The notes beneath the pieces were generated by a model. It was not told where the DNA came from. It searched no databases and was given only the letters and a program-made list of their open reading frames with translations. Shown here piece by piece: positions 60,976 to 64,000 of a DNA stretch of 64,000 nt (position 1 is its first letter; the number at the start of each line of letters is the position of its first letter). A program made the translations under genes and the position numbers. The DNA comes from Eledone cirrhosa (taxonomy: Eukaryota), in the NCBI GenBank assembly GCA_964016885.1, contig OZ024747.1, positions 15,500,001-15,564,000 of the forward strand, written 5' to 3'.

Positions 60976-61200
60976 TTTACCGTATTTTTTTTACTAAAGA
61001 AATTTTAGTCTGATAATGGGTTTTAGAACCCTCAGATAAATGGAAAAAGATGAGTATTGACGTACAATACTCATCTTTTTCCATTTATCTGAGGGTTCTA
61101 AACCCCATTATCAGACTAAAATTTCTCTAGTAAAAAAATACGGTGAAAGCTATTCTATTTTCTAATTTCAAACTTGATCACTATTTCAAAACTTATTTAC
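60976..61200. mobile_element. Second copy of the 4305-4547 fold-back family, opposite orientation
   Basis: Shared gataatggg..tttagaaccc..aaatggaaaaagatgagtattg arms and tail gctattctattttctaatttcaaac. Confidence 0.88.
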
Positions 61201-61201
61201 A

Positions 61202-61233
<32 letters not shown>

Positions 61234-61645
61234 GTGATGTTATTTTACAAAATGAAAAAAAAAACGAGCTGTCCTACACGAGTGAAAGTATAAGGAAAAA
61301 AGATGAAATCGAAAATGCAACTGGAATCTATTTTCTTGTAAATATATTTAATCGGTTCATTCACCGGTTTCGCAGTTCTTGTGCTTTTCAAAAGTAGAAT
61401 TGAGATGGAGGGTTTGTAGTTTTTTCTCAAATCTGGTTGGTGTTCGGATGTTCCTTCTGATTTATATGGAAAAAAGTGGATCGAAATGTTAGGTTTTTTG
61501 AAAAGCAATTTGGTTGGTTGATGACTGTCATGTATATATATATTTATATGAGAAAATCTAGGATGCCCAGGCGTAGGAAACAACTACATATAAATTCATT
61601 CACTCGGCGCTTCGTAAGTTTGAAAATTCGAACTTCACGCACGTA

Positions 61646-61683
<38 letters not shown>

Positions 61684-62603
61684 GTGTGTGTGTGTGTGTT
61701 TGTGTGTGTATGTAAGCATTTATGCATGTATATTTTATCAGCATTTATATGAAATATATCAGAGAATTAATGAAACTCATGGCTTCATTGGCAAACGTCT
61801 TCTCCTTGTTCACATTATACTACGTATTTGAAGTGTTCTAAAGTTTCCATGAAAAGATATTTCAAATATTTCTATGAAATCATCTGTATCGATATAAGAT
61901 GGGTAAGAGACCAAAGTTAAAGTGTTTGTTGCTTTTTTGTTCATAGAGTAGATCATTTTATTCATTGCATATATCTATCCCATTATTTCAAAATGTTCAT
62001 GAGCAAATACAGAATTGGTTGGTTGGTTAGTTTATCTTCAAAGTACCATTGAAGAAATGTAGCGAGAATGGCATAATTATTTTTGAGATATATATTGATT
62101 ATAAGTGTTAAATAACATTGTCAACGTCAAAGAACTTTTGTTTCTCGAGATGGCGTCTATCGGCAAACTGTCACCTGTGTTAGAGTTAACACTACTATCT
62201 GACGTTTTCTATTTATCAAAGACAGCTACTTCACGTGTTTTACATAGAGTTACATTGGAAGCTGAAATATTTTGAAAAACATCATAATAATAAATGTAAA
62301 GATAAATAAATACATAAGTGAATGAAAGAATCACGAGTGGGATTTCATAAATGTTTTTTTTTTCCTTTTTATTGAAGTTATTATTTTTCTGAAATATTTT
62401 ATTTTTATTCTAATTGTTTGTATTGTATTTCGTATTTATTTTTTCATTAAAACACAAAAATAATTTTGTTTCTTTTCTTAGAATCAATAGAACAGTAGTG
62501 ATGTTCGAAAATGTTGACAGTTAATGATTACATGGAGTGCTATCTTCTGCATCATGCAAAGGTAAGTTTTATATTTTTCCACTTCATGAACTATAATTCT
62601 TTC

Positions 62604-62682
<79 letters not shown>

Positions 62683-62689
62683 ATATAAG

Positions 62690-62728
<39 letters not shown>

Positions 62729-64000
62729 CTATGTATGTATGTATAAACTAACATTCTTATATAGTTATCTGCATATTCATGTATAAATGAGTAAGTAGAA
62801 TTTGCTTTTGTATATATATATATATTAGCCTGAATGGAATAAGATTGGCATTAGAATATAATATAATATGTCATAACTTTTTTATTTACCTCTTCAGAAT
62901 GTCCTTTGTTGCTTATGATGGAAAAGCGTAATAGAGATTCAATAAACATCGAATTATTTCGTTTTTCTTTATTGACAATGTTGACTTAAAGCCGATTACT
63001 CCTGCTTAAAATATAAGTATATACGACGTGTTAAAAACTTATCTATTGTTCCCCCTTTTCTTTCTCTTGTTCAGAAATATGAAACGGTAGTCTGAAATAT
63101 ATTTTCTTCGAAACTCGTTTCAACTTAATTTTGAAGACAAAAATCAAAGACGTAAAGAAAAGAAATGAATTTAAAATGAAGTAGTCTCTCTATAGATATA
63201 TTTCACTGGATAGAAGCGTATGAATACATCCATAATCATGTGTGGAGGTAATAATTTAGTATAACTTTTCTGATGCTAAATACGTTTTTATTTTTATATT
63301 ATTATGTTGTGTAAAATAAGTTGATTGGATTAGTTAATTTTGCTTCAACACTCAAGCTTTCGACGAGTGGACGCAATTCTCCTTAACAGAAGTTTTAGAC
63401 TTTCAAGATCATTGATAACTTGTATCTGTTAAAAAGTTCCTTTTTCTTTTCAAAAACATGATATAATATAAAAATAAAATATATTAGACATCAGTTACAT
63501 CATTTAAACTTTGTTGAACTTCAAATAATACTTAACAGAATAAAACCAAATTCATTTTTAGTGACTATCTTGAAGAAAATCTATCTCAATGAGCAAAATA
63601 AAAAAATATCTATAATCAGTACTATAAATCAATACGTATTATTGAAGCCTTTAAAATTTTCAACACGACTTCAAGTACTGCGTACAATATTTGCTAGTTA
63701 AATTGAAAGTAAATATTACAATGCTTAATCCCAATATTAAAGTTATCATATAAATTCATTCATTATTGTATTTTACCAACAAATTAGTTTATGTCTGAGT
63801 ACTATACAGAAGAAGAATGAAAGTGGACGTGTAATATGAAATAAATTCACAGTGTATAATATCAAATATTACTACAAAATAGAAGTAAATGTAACATTAT
63901 TTGTGTAAGTTTAAAATGACATGCATCTTTCAACCAGGATGCTAGTTTTAAAACATAACGAAACATAGCAAGATTAAATCAGAGGGAGACGTATAGCAAG

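Noticed and set aside
61245-61583. 112-aa ORF in a TA-flanked insert
   Set aside because: No recognisable motif; may be a TE fragment but cannot be supported

Overview
Eukaryotic, very AT-rich, gene-poor DNA, probably cephalopod/octopus-like (inferred from the SINE type and the extreme (TA)n density). No host protein-coding gene can be supported, and almost all long ORFs in the track are (TA)n/(TATG)n artefacts (YIYI...). Recognisable elements are a degenerate L1/Tx1-like LINE (31.2-36.8 kb), an R4/Dong-like RLE LINE in (TAA)n (57-60.2 kb), Penelope-like element (PLE) relics with RT and GIY-YIG remnants (24.5-30.3 kb), tRNA-derived SINEs, a hAT-type MITE and a probable non-autonomous Helitron. 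The most striking signal is a ribozyme-centred system embedded in (TA)n. It includes a near-perfect 310-bp x ~9.7 tandem array (20291-23290) in which every unit carries an intact minimal type I hammerhead ribozyme, a retrozyme-like organisation. It also includes more than a dozen short, mostly unrelated, non-coding fold-back elements that carry hammerhead cores and a shared GYACTC tail motif, one family sharing its end with the neighbouring PLE. All motifs were read by eye and no database searches or folding programs were run.
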